From positions 32,001 through 96,000 of IMG/VR virus record IMGVR_UViG_3300010163_000009: a DNA stretch of 64,000 nt; one strand, given 5' to 3'. The DNA comes from a virus. Lineage: Duplodnaviria > Caudoviricetes. Within the stretch, counting starts at the first letter, position 1. Every line of letters begins with the position of its first letter. The position numbers and the translations under genes were made by a program. The notes under the pieces are model-generated. The model was not told the origin of the DNA, did not search any database, and saw nothing but the letters and a program-made list of their open reading frames with translations. Shown here one piece after another: positions 1 to 9,005 of the stretch.

Positions 1-5
1 TAGAT

Positions 6-842
6 GTGCAATCTTTCGTCTTATGGTTTGAAAGTGGCTTAAACGCGCTTAAAATAGTCTGTTTCAAAAATGAGATTGTTCTGCTGGGTAATTGTACTCT
101 CGAAACTTGTGAAATTATTGGTTCACTACTTGAAGATGGTTCGGTAAGTACTGAAATCCTCACTGTAGCTAATAGCGAAATATCTGAAGCTTCTGAGACT
201 GATTCTCAAAAGTTTTATGAAGCCCTCTTTGCCAACAACCTCCAACCCGACCCTAACAAGCTACGCCTTGTCCCCAAATATATTCCCCAAAACAGCGACC
301 GGGTAATCTTTTACGACTACTCGCTGGAAGTTCAAGGTGTTGGGGTGGTTCGCCATATAGACTCCGAGCATGACGTGATGTTCTATTGCTATTTTACCTA
401 TCCGACTCTAAGCAAACCAAAACGAATCGGCTACTCACTGTATGAGACTCCGGGATACGACATCCGCACTATAGTATTCGAGAATATCGACAAGGAGAAT
501 ATACAAACCACGCTTGGGAACTCTACCAGTTGTTTCCGTCGTCTTGGCAGAGAACTCGAAAAGGTTGGAAAAGTGTGGAAGGATAAAACTCTAAGAATCG
601 AACCACTCAATGTTATGGTTCCTATTGGAGAAAAATACTACTACATTTCGGATAAAATGGATGTGAAGCAGGAAACTGAAAAGGGAACGCCGACATCACG
701 TTTCCGTTATTTGGCTGGGAACTATTTCACAACTCATAAAGCAGCCATGCTTATGGAAGGTAAATTTAGCGAATTATTGAGAAACTATCTTGCTTCCGAC
801 GAATGGCCAGAAGTGATAGATGAGACTGATGGCAATAAATAA
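6..842 (+). CDS. Hypothetical phage protein (probably 5'-truncated by the window edge)
   Basis: 278-aa ORF with only a GTG start at the window edge; followed by a hairpin; no recognisable catalytic motif. Confidence 0.6.
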   Translation: MQSFVLWFESGLNALKIVCFKNEIVLLGNCTLETCEIIGSLLEDGSVSTEILTVANSEISEASETDSQKFYEALFANNLQPDPNKLRLVPKYIPQNSDRVIFYDYSLEVQGVGVVRHIDSEHDVMFYCYFTYPTLSKPKRIGYSLYETPGYDIRTIVFENIDKENIQTTLGNSTSCFRRLGRELEKVGKVWKDKTLRIEPLNVMVPIGEKYYYISDKMDVKQETEKGTPTSRFRYLAGNYFTTHKAAMLMEGKFSELLRNYLASDEWPEVIDETDGNK

Positions 843-843
843 A

Positions 844-890
844 AATAACGACCGGCGCGATTGTTTTGCCAATTCCTGCCGGTCGTTATT
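844..890. terminator. Putative bidirectional terminator between convergent genes
   Basis: 13-bp perfect inverted repeat AATAACGACCGGC (844-856) / GCCGGTCGTTATT (878-890) between stops at 842 (+) and 907 (-). Confidence 0.65.
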
Positions 891-906
891 GCGTTCTGTT
901 AATATA

Positions 907-2850
907 TCACTGGAGTGACTTATGTGCTATCGTGTCGGTATATCCATTCCGTTCGTTCCACTCGACTACATTCTCTGCTGAAAAAATATACGCTTTTTTG
1001 TGTACTCCATCACAAGGCTTGTATTTGCCGTTTAGAACACCCGTGAACTCGTTATACCCCACAGATGGCAAACTATAGCACCAAGGTTTCAAAAGATGAT
1101 CTGGAAGACCACCACCGCTTTCTAATGCCGTTCCTTTGCCGTCGGTGAACTCGTCGATTATATTTTCTTCGCCTGAAATCACAAAGTCACGATAGAAATT
1201 CTTGATTGCGGATTCAATCGGAGAAAGGTCGGAATCGTCAGCAGACAAGATAAGGCTTATGAGTTTTTTATTCTGAGAGTTCTTGGTTCTCTTATCTCCT
1301 TTGCTGGAAATGAAAACATCATTTGCCTCTATGTCGTAAAAACGGTCAATTGCAACTTTCAATGCAGGTACCGATTTATCTTGCATAGTGCATGGACTCC
1401 ACTGGAAGATTTCGTATGGGTTGAAATCCTGGAATGTTTTAAATCCAAATTTAACCTCCCATTCATTGTTATCCCCATAAACATACCTGCCTTGTTCTAT
1501 CGCTCCAGTCATATCCTCATAGACGTTCTTGGCAAGAGAATAAATCTCGTCCTGTGGAAGTGCGGCTCCTATCATCTCTTTCCAATCGTAATTTTGAGGC
1601 TCATCCACCAGATCTCCTTCTTCATCTATTTTCTGTGAGGGATGGTAATGGTCACAATAAAGGTTGTAGATGCCATCCCAGAATTGATATAGGAAAAAAT
1701 CTACTGGGGATTGCACAACCTCGTCAAGACGGTCTACGATCTCTTTTGCTCTTTCGACTTTTATGAAAGGTTTGTTACGGTAAGAGTTTCTTGCCCTCAT
1801 AGACCGTTCCGCTCTTTTTAGAGTTTGCTGGGAAATGTCCTCAATCTCCATGAAATCTTTTGAGGGTTTATCCAAATCCAATATTTCAACTTTTCCAAAA
1901 CCCTCAAAACCTTTTTGAATATCTTCCTGGAAGTTTTCGTTTTGAACCTCGCTTTTTAGAGGAACGGCCTCCTTTATTCTTTTATTTATTATATATATTA
2001 TTACTGTCCTACAAAAATGTAGGATTTTTAAGGTCAAATCCTGCAAAAATGTAGGATTGTTCCCTACAAAAATGTAGGATTTTTGTAGGTCGTTTATGAG
2101 AGATTCTGGAAAATGTCCTGTATCAAACGCGCATTTTATATATTCTCGTAAATTACCACCCTGCAAAAATGTAGGGTTTTCAGATGTACCCCTACAAAAA
2201 TGTAGCGTTTCAGCAATCTCTTTACAAAAACCCTGCAAAAATGTAGGATTTAAGGAATCGACAAATTCATCAAATTCGCAATATTCCCTACAAAAATGTA
2301 GGGTTTTGGCAATCTCTTGGGCTAAATCCTGCAAAAATGTAGGATTTTGTGGATCTTGTGGCGATACTCCTACATTATTGCAGGATTTATCATCTGATAT
2401 AACAATTGAATTTCCAGCAAGTCCGATCAATTCGGTACACCCCTGCATTTTTGTAGGATTGTTGGAATCTGTTATTGTTGACGTTCCCTTCTTTTGGAAC
2501 TCTTTGGCAAATGTTTTTCTATCATTAGTGGATAGGGATTCGTAATGTTTTAGCACTGCAACATACTCGTTACACAAAATTTTTATTCCATTCTTATATT
2601 TTGTGATCAATCCAAGTTTCTCTAATCGCTCTATGCAACCTGGTAGAGTTCGATATGGGTCAACATGAGTCAACTCTCCCAATTTGGCCAATGATATTTT
2701 TACTGTTTGTTCATATATGGAGCGAGACAGTTGAATACGCACCATATCAATTAGACGTTGGAAAACAACCCTGTCGGATGTATTTATGATAAGTTCGTCA
2801 TTTGCTATAAAATGCAAACCATAACGTGCTACCTGTGATTTATTTTTCAT
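907..2850 (-). CDS. Putative replication initiator (N-terminal winged HTH) containing an internal iteron array
   Basis: 647 aa; N-terminal wHTH-like segment (ISLAKLGELT...CIERLEKLGLITK); internal DNA repeat array plus AT-rich tract, an arrangement like lambda O/ori. Confidence 0.6.
   Translation of the reverse strand: MKNKSQVARYGLHFIANDELIINTSDRVVFQRLIDMVRIQLSRSIYEQTVKISLAKLGELTHVDPYRTLPGCIERLEKLGLITKYKNGIKILCNEYVAVLKHYESLSTNDRKTFAKEFQKKGTSTITDSNNPTKMQGCTELIGLAGNSIVISDDKSCNNVGVSPQDPQNPTFLQDLAQEIAKTLHFCREYCEFDEFVDSLNPTFLQGFCKEIAETLHFCRGTSENPTFLQGGNLREYIKCAFDTGHFPESLINDLQKSYIFVGNNPTFLQDLTLKILHFCRTVIIYIINKRIKEAVPLKSEVQNENFQEDIQKGFEGFGKVEILDLDKPSKDFMEIEDISQQTLKRAERSMRARNSYRNKPFIKVERAKEIVDRLDEVVQSPVDFFLYQFWDGIYNLYCDHYHPSQKIDEEGDLVDEPQNYDWKEMIGAALPQDEIYSLAKNVYEDMTGAIEQGRYVYGDNNEWEVKFGFKTFQDFNPYEIFQWSPCTMQDKSVPALKVAIDRFYDIEANDVFISSKGDKRTKNSQNKKLISLILSADDSDLSPIESAIKNFYRDFVISGEENIIDEFTDGKGTALESGGGLPDHLLKPWCYSLPSVGYNEFTGVLNGKYKPCDGVHKKAYIFSAENVVEWNERNGYTDTIAHKSLQ
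2008..2457. repeat. Array of ten ~16-bp quasi-palindromic repeats CCTRCA-AAAA-TGTAGG (putative iterons / origin)
   Basis: Copies start at 2008, 2040, 2063, 2160, 2191, 2232, 2287, 2328 (forward) and 2369, 2442 (inverted); AT-only tract at ~1980-2003 adjoins the array. Confidence 0.85.
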
Positions 2851-2857
2851 TGTTTTT

Positions 2858-3322
2858 TTACTTTTTGTGGGTTTGACCTACATTGTTAGGGTTTGCATAA
2901 CGTCTATGTGTTCTGTGATAAGTCCATTTATCAAAAGCAAGTGTACCTATATTTTTGAAGTCTTTCTTGAATCTTGTTTGAGATGAAGTAGATAGGGATT
3001 CAAAAAATCGGATAATCTTAATGTAATTATCAAATTCCACAATTATAGATAGATTTTTCTTTTTGATAAGTCCGAGTTTCTCAAGTCGTTTAAGGCATAG
3101 TGAAACAGTGCGATGCTCATTTATGCCAGCTAAATATGCGAGTTCCCTTAAAGAGATACGCACTTCTGCTGGAGTCTCTGAAACACTACGCTGTTTGTTA
3201 ACGATGTTATACAGCGTTTGCCATACAAATCTATCAGATACGTATTTTAAAAGACTATTGTCTGCATACAAGTGAAAACCGATGGCTTTACTGGTGATGC
3301 TTGGAGCTTCTTTGGTTGTCAT
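2858..3322 (-). CDS. Winged-HTH protein, short paralog of the N-terminus of 907..2850
   Basis: Colinear similarity: GFHLYADNSLLKYVSDRFVWQ / GLHFIANDELIINTSDRVVFQ; RLEKLGLI identical; FESLST / YESLST. Confidence 0.7.
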   Translation of the reverse strand: MTTKEAPSITSKAIGFHLYADNSLLKYVSDRFVWQTLYNIVNKQRSVSETPAEVRISLRELAYLAGINEHRTVSLCLKRLEKLGLIKKKNLSIIVEFDNYIKIIRFFESLSTSSQTRFKKDFKNIGTLAFDKWTYHRTHRRYANPNNVGQTHKK

Positions 3323-3324
3323 AA

Positions 3325-3726
3325 TTATTTTGTTTTAATGATTTCTTTTAGGTTATTGATGATATTGATACACTCTTGCGCCTTTTCATATTCCTCAGAT
3401 GCCAAGGCACGTTCCTTGATATTATCAATGAACGGTATCATACACATAGCAATATTTTGGAGCGTGAATGATGTGTGGTTCATAAATGCTCCGGTAGCAC
3501 TGAACGATTGATTGAGAGCATTGCACATTTCATTAATAGCCCTGATAGTGTTCATCTCTTTTTCGTTGCTATGTTCTGCATGTGCTGAAATCATTTTAAG
3601 CGCATCATCTATCAATTCCAGTACTTTAGTCGTTGCATGTTGATTACGTTTGATGTCGCGGACATTCCAGAGTATCACCATGAGTATGGCAAACATGATT
3701 ATGTCAGTAATTGTTATTGAATCCAT
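3325..3726 (-). CDS. Hypothetical membrane-anchored protein with C-terminal UVR-like helical motif
   Basis: N-terminal hydrophobic helix (IIMFAILMVILW); C-terminal ALASEEYEKAQECINII resembles the UvrB/UvrC motif. Confidence 0.55.
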   Translation of the reverse strand: MDSITITDIIMFAILMVILWNVRDIKRNQHATTKVLELIDDALKMISAHAEHSNEKEMNTIRAINEMCNALNQSFSATGAFMNHTSFTLQNIAMCMIPFIDNIKERALASEEYEKAQECINIINNLKEIIKTK

Positions 3727-4267
3727 ATTTGTTTATGAAGCTTGGGCAGTTTTCACCGCCAATTTGATAATCTTTTGGAACTATATTCCACGGTTCATCC
3801 GGTTCTGCGATGTCGGCCCGGTACCACAAGCAATGGTACCGGTCAAAGCAGCCTTTTGATAAACACATTTCAGCATCGAATCCGATTATTCTCCGGTATT
3901 CATCTCTCGTGATAAATTTGTATTGATCCGGGACCAGTTTAGACAATCTTGATGGTATTACCCCACGAAGTATCATGTCCATTACGGTATATACATCTTT
4001 GGTGCCTGTTTTTACCAAGAACTGTAATGTTATCGCCCTTGTTTTGCTGAGTGGTAATTGCTTTAGCGGTTGAGTCAATTTGTATAATTCTCCGCTGACA
4101 ATAATGGTGTCCGGCTCCGGGTTGTTTAGCCAATTCATCCAGTAGGCGCAGTCAAAGCATATCTGCTCGTTCCTCATTCTGGAAACCAGAGGATTTTTGA
4201 TTGAGCGGAAGGCTTCAAGGTCTTCTCTCTTGCCACAAAAAGAACAGGTAATGAATGTATGTGCCAT
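3704..4267 (-). CDS. Hypothetical Cys-rich (probable Zn-binding) protein
   Basis: CSFC, CFDC and CxxxxCxxxxxC clusters; ATG at 4267 preferred over the upstream TTG at 4342. Confidence 0.6.
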   Translation of the reverse strand: MAHTFITCSFCGKREDLEAFRSIKNPLVSRMRNEQICFDCAYWMNWLNNPEPDTIIVSGELYKLTQPLKQLPLSKTRAITLQFLVKTGTKDVYTVMDMILRGVIPSRLSKLVPDQYKFITRDEYRRIIGFDAEMCLSKGCFDRYHCLWYRADIAEPDEPWNIVPKDYQIGGENCPSFINKYGFNNNY

Positions 4268-4357
4268 GCCCTTGTAGATGATACACGGTATATGTGTAGG
4301 TGGAATATTGATTATGTAAGGGCACAACAACGTGTGCTTCAATTTGGGAACCTTGAA

Positions 4358-4945
4358 TTAAAGGTTTATAGAGGCGTAGATGCCAGCAACTTCTTCTTGA
4401 GTAATTCCGATGTAGGTCTTAGTAACCGCAATGGAGCTGTGGTTTAGAATCTTGTTTAGAAGAATAAGACTTTCGGCGCTGTGGTTGTTTGTGTCATAGA
4501 CGTATCTGCCAAAGGTTTTTCTGAACGTGTGAGTGGAAAAGTTTTCAATATGCAGGTGGTACCTACATTTGAACTCTTTTAACTTCATATTGACGTTCTG
4601 GATGGTCATTGGTTTATCTCCATTTGGAGATGGCATGATGTAGTCTTTCTTGTCTGGCCGACCGAGAAGCTGCCAGAGGTCGTAGAAACTTTTCTGAACC
4701 GATGGGTTGAATGGAATTTTTCGTGTTTTCCTTGTCTTTTGCTCGGTAATAGTTACAGATGATACTCCCAGAATGTCTTGCCATCTGAAATTTAAAGTGT
4801 CAGACGCACGACAGGCTGTGCAAAATGATAAACGTGCGTACATTTCCCAACGATAATCTCCGTCTTTGTGGAGACAATCGAGTAATCTTGTGAACTCCTC
4901 ATAAGGGAGATGATCACTGGTTGTAATTTGATTTTTCTGTCCCAT
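4358..4945 (-). CDS. Tyrosine recombinase (catalytic domain only)
   Basis: R (ACRASD), K (EQKT), HxxR (HTFRKTF), H (LNHSS), Y (TKTYI) catalytic pattern; only 195 aa. Confidence 0.9.
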   Translation of the reverse strand: MGQKNQITTSDHLPYEEFTRLLDCLHKDGDYRWEMYARLSFCTACRASDTLNFRWQDILGVSSVTITEQKTRKTRKIPFNPSVQKSFYDLWQLLGRPDKKDYIMPSPNGDKPMTIQNVNMKLKEFKCRYHLHIENFSTHTFRKTFGRYVYDTNNHSAESLILLNKILNHSSIAVTKTYIGITQEEVAGIYASINL

Positions 4946-4972
4946 AATATAATTATACTTTCATTTTTATAT

Positions 4973-5005
4973 TGCAAAGGTATATAATGAAATTCAAAGA
5001 ACAAA
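4973..5005 (-). promoter_or_regulatory. Bacteroidota primary-sigma promoter for the recombinase-initiator operon
   Basis: Minus strand TTTG (5002-5005), 19-bp spacer, TACCTTTGCA (4973-4982). Confidence 0.75.
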
Positions 5006-5017
5006 AAGATTTAATTA

Positions 5018-5047
5018 AAAATAGTCTTTTTGCAATAAAATATTTTA
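5018..5047. promoter_or_regulatory. Operator-like repeated element, copy A
   Basis: AAAATAGTCTTTTTGcaATAAAATATTTTA, 28/30 identical to 8976-9005. Confidence 0.55.
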
Positions 5048-5113
5048 GGATAAACAAAAAGACACTGGTTAAATTGTATCATAATAACCAGTGTCTCAAC
5101 GGATAATGTGTAC

Positions 5114-7057
5114 TTATAATTCTTTGAATGAATCAATGGAAAAGATTGGTATTCCGAGTGCTCTTGCTTTGACGGCTTTGCTTGAGGATGAATTAGGGTC
5201 TGCCACAATTAGATGCGTCGTACTCTTGGAAACACCGCTTACAACTTCTCCTCCTTGTGCCGCAATTTCAGATTCCAGTTCTTTGTCACGTACACCTGTA
5301 AAGCAAACTTTCATTCCGGCATATTTGGTTCCTGTCGGCTTTATCGCTTCTTCCATAGGTAGAATCTTTAGCCTATTCTTTGCAACAAATTCATAGAACG
5401 GTGTGATGCCTTTCAAGAAGGACTGTGACGTTTTGTTTAATGCAAGGAATTGTGGTGTCTGATCAAAACCTTCTTCGGTAAACACATATCCATGAGTAAA
5501 AGCAAATCTATCGTTTTCGGACAAGTTTGAAACAATACTTTTTGCTTTGACTTGGCCTATACCCAGGAAACAATCACTGGCGTGCATAAGTTTGATAATA
5601 TCAATGCCGTCTCTGATTTTCTTGTTTGCCGCCAGTATTGTGTTTGCAATAGATTCTCCAAATCCTTCAATTAGCATGAGTTCGTCGAAGGTAATGTCAA
5701 GTATTCGCTGGAGAGTATCATATCCGGATTTAAACATTTTGGAGATAGTCTCTTCGCCCATTTGTTCTGCTTCCAATGTTGTATAGAAGTGGATTATTTT
5801 TGCAAGGCGTATGCCGGAGCAGTCAGGATTGGTACAAATCAACTCAACTTTTGTATCATTCCATTTTGTTGGCTGTCCGCAATTTGGGCAGTACAGAAGA
5901 TTGTCCCGTTGTTCCATCATAGTTTCAGCAGTAGCTTCTTCCATCACACTAAGGATTTTGGGGATTACCCCTCCAGAACGGGTGACTGCGATACGTGCTC
6001 CTGGTCCTATGCTATTCTCAAAGATATACTTGGCATTGTAGCCTGTAGGGTTCTCCATTGTGCAGTCACCTGTATCAACTGCATCAATATTAACAACAGG
6101 TTTCAATGCACCGGCTTTGCTGACTTTCCAGTCTATACCTTTAACCGTGCTCTCAAATACATCAGTGAAGTCTGGGTGTTTATATGCGATTGCATAGAGA
6201 GGATTTCCGGTGGTTTGTTGCCGTCCGATGGTTTCCCAGAGCAAAATGTCGTTTAAGTAAATGACGAGTCCATCAATGTAATAGTCTTTTCGCCATGCTT
6301 TGAATAGATTGGCTAACTTGGTTTCATCAAGCTCTGCTACTGTTACGATTGTACCGTAAATGCGTTGATGATATTTTTCGCAAAGAGTTTGAAGCAATTG
6401 AGCATAGCTTTGAAAATTGTCCAGATCCATAGCACTTACGCCATATCGATAGAATGTTGTGTGCTTTAGGATTTCTGACGGTTCATCACGATTGATAAGA
6501 CCGGCAACCGTATTGCGAGGAGATTTGAATTTTTCTCCTGTTGCATCTGAAATTCTTCCGGCCAATTCCTGTTCCCATGTTTTACAATCAAACACTAACT
6601 CTCCAAATGTATAATGTAGGTGACTGGTGCCATCTTCTTTATAAGAAGCCAGCAGATCGTAATGCTGGGAACAATCTTGTCCTTCATTGTCTGCACCGCC
6701 ACGTGAATATGTCTTTTTTGCGAACTCATCTCGCAGCCAAGATACGCCATCGAATTTAGGAGTGATTACAAGTTTAGCTGTTTCCGGGATTGACAATGAA
6801 TTTAGCCATTGCTTAATCTCTGTAACAGATTTTACCTTATTGAGAGATTTCATAGGTATGGGAAGTTTAACTTTTCTTCCTTTACTTACTACAGATGGTT
6901 CGACTTGTTGAAACCATTCATTATTTGGGTCAAGCGTTTTAAGTTCATTGACCTTTTTGTCGTACTCGGCATCTGATATTGTTGGATGTCCGGCACGGTA
7001 TGCTTCGTTGTTTTCTTTTATTTCAGCGAGTAGCTGAACGATTCTTGAACTATTCAT
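5114..7057 (-). CDS. ligA: NAD+-dependent DNA ligase
   Basis: KFDG adenylation motif, N-terminal YRAGHPTISDAEYD (domain Ia), DGLV, AIAYK, Zn finger CPNC...C...C, HhH, C-terminal BRCT (VSGVSKSTTHLI). Confidence 0.95.
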   Translation of the reverse strand: MNSSRIVQLLAEIKENNEAYRAGHPTISDAEYDKKVNELKTLDPNNEWFQQVEPSVVSKGRKVKLPIPMKSLNKVKSVTEIKQWLNSLSIPETAKLVITPKFDGVSWLRDEFAKKTYSRGGADNEGQDCSQHYDLLASYKEDGTSHLHYTFGELVFDCKTWEQELAGRISDATGEKFKSPRNTVAGLINRDEPSEILKHTTFYRYGVSAMDLDNFQSYAQLLQTLCEKYHQRIYGTIVTVAELDETKLANLFKAWRKDYYIDGLVIYLNDILLWETIGRQQTTGNPLYAIAYKHPDFTDVFESTVKGIDWKVSKAGALKPVVNIDAVDTGDCTMENPTGYNAKYIFENSIGPGARIAVTRSGGVIPKILSVMEEATAETMMEQRDNLLYCPNCGQPTKWNDTKVELICTNPDCSGIRLAKIIHFYTTLEAEQMGEETISKMFKSGYDTLQRILDITFDELMLIEGFGESIANTILAANKKIRDGIDIIKLMHASDCFLGIGQVKAKSIVSNLSENDRFAFTHGYVFTEEGFDQTPQFLALNKTSQSFLKGITPFYEFVAKNRLKILPMEEAIKPTGTKYAGMKVCFTGVRDKELESEIAAQGGEVVSGVSKSTTHLIVADPNSSSSKAVKARALGIPIFSIDSFKEL

Positions 7058-7113
7058 AAAGATAAAAATATGGGCGTACCAAGTAGCGATGCGCCCTATT
7101 AATGGTGAATAAA

Positions 7114-7584
7114 TTAGTGGGTTCCGGTAGAGTTATAGCTTCCTTCACCGCGCTCGGTATTTCCTAATTCATTTACGGTAACTAAGTCACCGCTCCAGTG
7201 CTGTTCAATTACCATTTGGGCGATACGTGTGCCAGCTGTTACAAGAAATGGTTTTGTTTCATGGCTGTTTACGATAACCCCTACATTTCCACGATAATCG
7301 GAGTCAATTGTACCAATGAGAACATCGCAGTCAAATCTTGTAGGAGTTTCTTCGTGTCCATTATTTGTAATGACATAGCCTTCAAATCCCTTTGCAGAGA
7401 ACCCAGAACGCGGACGAATCTGTGCTTCATATCCGATTTCAAGTTCTATTGCAATATCGATTGGAATTACGCTTCGACCAGGCTTTATAATGGTATCTTT
7501 GGGGACATAGAGGTCATAACCTGCTGCTTGTTCACTGCCCTTAGTCGGCACTTTTGCATTTGGTGATAAAAGTTTGATTTTCAT
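7114..7584 (-). CDS. dut: Trimeric dUTPase
   Basis: Motifs AGYDL, RPRSG, GTIDSDYRG, RIAQ, RGEGSYNSTG. Confidence 0.95.
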   Translation of the reverse strand: MKIKLLSPNAKVPTKGSEQAAGYDLYVPKDTIIKPGRSVIPIDIAIELEIGYEAQIRPRSGFSAKGFEGYVITNNGHEETPTRFDCDVLIGTIDSDYRGNVGVIVNSHETKPFLVTAGTRIAQMVIEQHWSGDLVTVNELGNTERGEGSYNSTGTH

Positions 7585-7928
7585 TTTTTATTGCTTTTAG
7601 AACGTTGTTTATATTTCATCCCCTTGCGAGACATACTGGCAGTAGGGTAATATGCACGTGTCACGCCGCACATAGAATCATATTCTTCCAGTTTTAGAGT
7701 TCCATAGTCGCTATCCTCAATTTCAATGTCCTTAGCCAGAAATCGGAAATAAAGACCGCAACTGGATATACAAGGTCCAACACACGCCTGATGTATGGAT
7801 GAGTTTGAGGTCTTGAAAGCGGTGGCCGCTGCTGTTAGCGAATGGAAATAACCAATGAATCGTTTAAGGGGATTGAAGACCAAAACAGGATTACTGGTTT
7901 TGTTATTCAGACTTTTCTTCATAGTCAC
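7581..7928 (-). CDS. Small NUMOD1-like DNA-binding protein (no nuclease domain seen)
   Basis: PVLVFN...IGYFHSLTAAATAF...SSIHQAC resembles the NUMOD1/IENR1 HTH module. Confidence 0.5.
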   Translation of the reverse strand: MTMKKSLNNKTSNPVLVFNPLKRFIGYFHSLTAAATAFKTSNSSIHQACVGPCISSCGLYFRFLAKDIEIEDSDYGTLKLEEYDSMCGVTRAYYPTASMSRKGMKYKQRSKSNKK

Positions 7929-8358
7929 TTATCGCTGAAAGGACTCTGTTTGACAAACGAGTTCGTGCCGCTGATACAAGATATGTATCTGAGACTGCTA
8001 CTCCGTGTGCGAATAGTTCAAAGGTCCTATCGCACATGTATGCCAAAAAGTCGGGTTCGACAAATGCTATGAAAAGGAACAGGAATGTTCCATCAATTAG
8101 GTAATGCCCTTCTTCGTTGATGAGACACACTTGGTCGTCTTGAATTTCGTATGTATCGCAAAGTGATTTTATTTGGTAGCGATACTGATTGAAGAATGGC
8201 TGTATGGGCTTAGGCTCTGTCATCTTCGACAGATAGAGTGTTGCGTCAAAGTACGAGTGCCCGGATTCGCTTTGACCAAAGAGCAGATTTGGAAATTCAG
8301 GAAAGGACTGCTCTTTACACTGGAGTTTTATTTCGCCCTTCCCGGCCTGTCCCAACAT
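7903..8358 (-). CDS. Hypothetical protein (weak KilA-N-like resemblance)
   Basis: 151-aa ORF coupled to neighbours; YFDATLYLSK segment. Confidence 0.5.
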   Translation of the reverse strand: MLGQAGKGEIKLQCKEQSFPEFPNLLFGQSESGHSYFDATLYLSKMTEPKPIQPFFNQYRYQIKSLCDTYEIQDDQVCLINEEGHYLIDGTFLFLFIAFVEPDFLAYMCDRTFELFAHGVAVSDTYLVSAARTRLSNRVLSAISDYEEKSE

Positions 8359-8903
8359 CAGTTAAGGTTAAAAGCTGCAACCTTATTCTTATGTACATCA
8401 AGTGGCCAATATATTGCTTCGGTCTTGTCAAATTTGGTATCTCGGATTACGAAATCCGACATTGTTTTTTTGAGGTGCTGGTAAATCCTGTTGGTTGCAT
8501 CAGCGTTAGAAGATGCAGGAACATAGTAGTCCTCAGTGCTTTTCTTTTCTTTGGCTGTTTTTTCGTCAATAGTAATAAACATTACTTTGACATTATAAAG
8601 TCCAACACCAGTTGATTCGTCTTCCTCAAAGAAGTTGCAGCAGAAATTTTTTACAGTTTCTTCTTGTTGTAGAATTTCGTTGAACAATACATCAGAGATT
8701 TTTGTCTTGACGATCTCGTAGCTTACGCTTCCGAATTGTGTACGGTTGAGAGAAGATATGATTTCATTTACAAGCATTTCAGCTTCAGTGTAGCTGGTTG
8801 CAAGTATCAGTTCCTCAATCTTCTTTTTTGCCAAAGCACCAGTCGGAAGCTCGACTGTACATTCCGTTTTCACTCGGAAATAACTGAGTTCTTTTTCTTC
8901 CAT
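8358..8903 (-). CDS. DUF4494-like Bacteroidota protein
   Basis: Recognised pattern ATSYTEAE and KVMFITIDEKTAKEKK. Confidence 0.6.
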   Translation of the reverse strand: MEEKELSYFRVKTECTVELPTGALAKKKIEELILATSYTEAEMLVNEIISSLNRTQFGSVSYEIVKTKISDVLFNEILQQEETVKNFCCNFFEEDESTGVGLYNVKVMFITIDEKTAKEKKSTEDYYVPASSNADATNRIYQHLKKTMSDFVIRDTKFDKTEAIYWPLDVHKNKVAAFNLN

Positions 8904-8938
8904 AATAATTTGATTTGAAGTGAAACTTAATTTATCGT

Positions 8939-8971
8939 TGCAAAAGTAGATAAAATTTTCAATATAACAAA
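8939..8971 (-). promoter_or_regulatory. Bacteroidota primary-sigma promoter for the leftward operon
   Basis: Minus strand TTTG (8968-8971), 19-bp spacer, TACTTTTGCA (8939-8948). Confidence 0.75.
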
Positions 8972-8975
8972 TATT

Positions 8976-9005
8976 AAAATAGTCTTTTTGATATAAAATA
9001 TTTTA
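8976..9005. promoter_or_regulatory. Operator-like repeated element, copy B
   Basis: AAAATAGTCTTTTTGatATAAAATATTTTA; matches 5018-5047 and 51316-51335. Confidence 0.55.

Noticed and set aside
345-354. GTGGTTCGCC match to the TR 3' end as a second VR
   Set aside because: Only 10 bp, mid-gene, with no extended homology; no second VR was noticed in the window by eye
2008-2457. Repeat array as a CRISPR array
   Set aside because: Repeats are only 16 bp, gaps range from 7 to 81 bp, two copies are inverted, the array lies inside an intact ORF and no cas genes are present
5373-5380. Extra CTATTCTT copy as a late promoter
   Set aside because: Lies inside ligA on the antisense strand and lacks the upstream CCC box at the 18-bp spacing
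7581-7928. Homing endonuclease / mobile intron
   Set aside because: Only a NUMOD1-like DNA-binding segment; no HNH or GIY-YIG motif and neighbouring genes are uninterrupted
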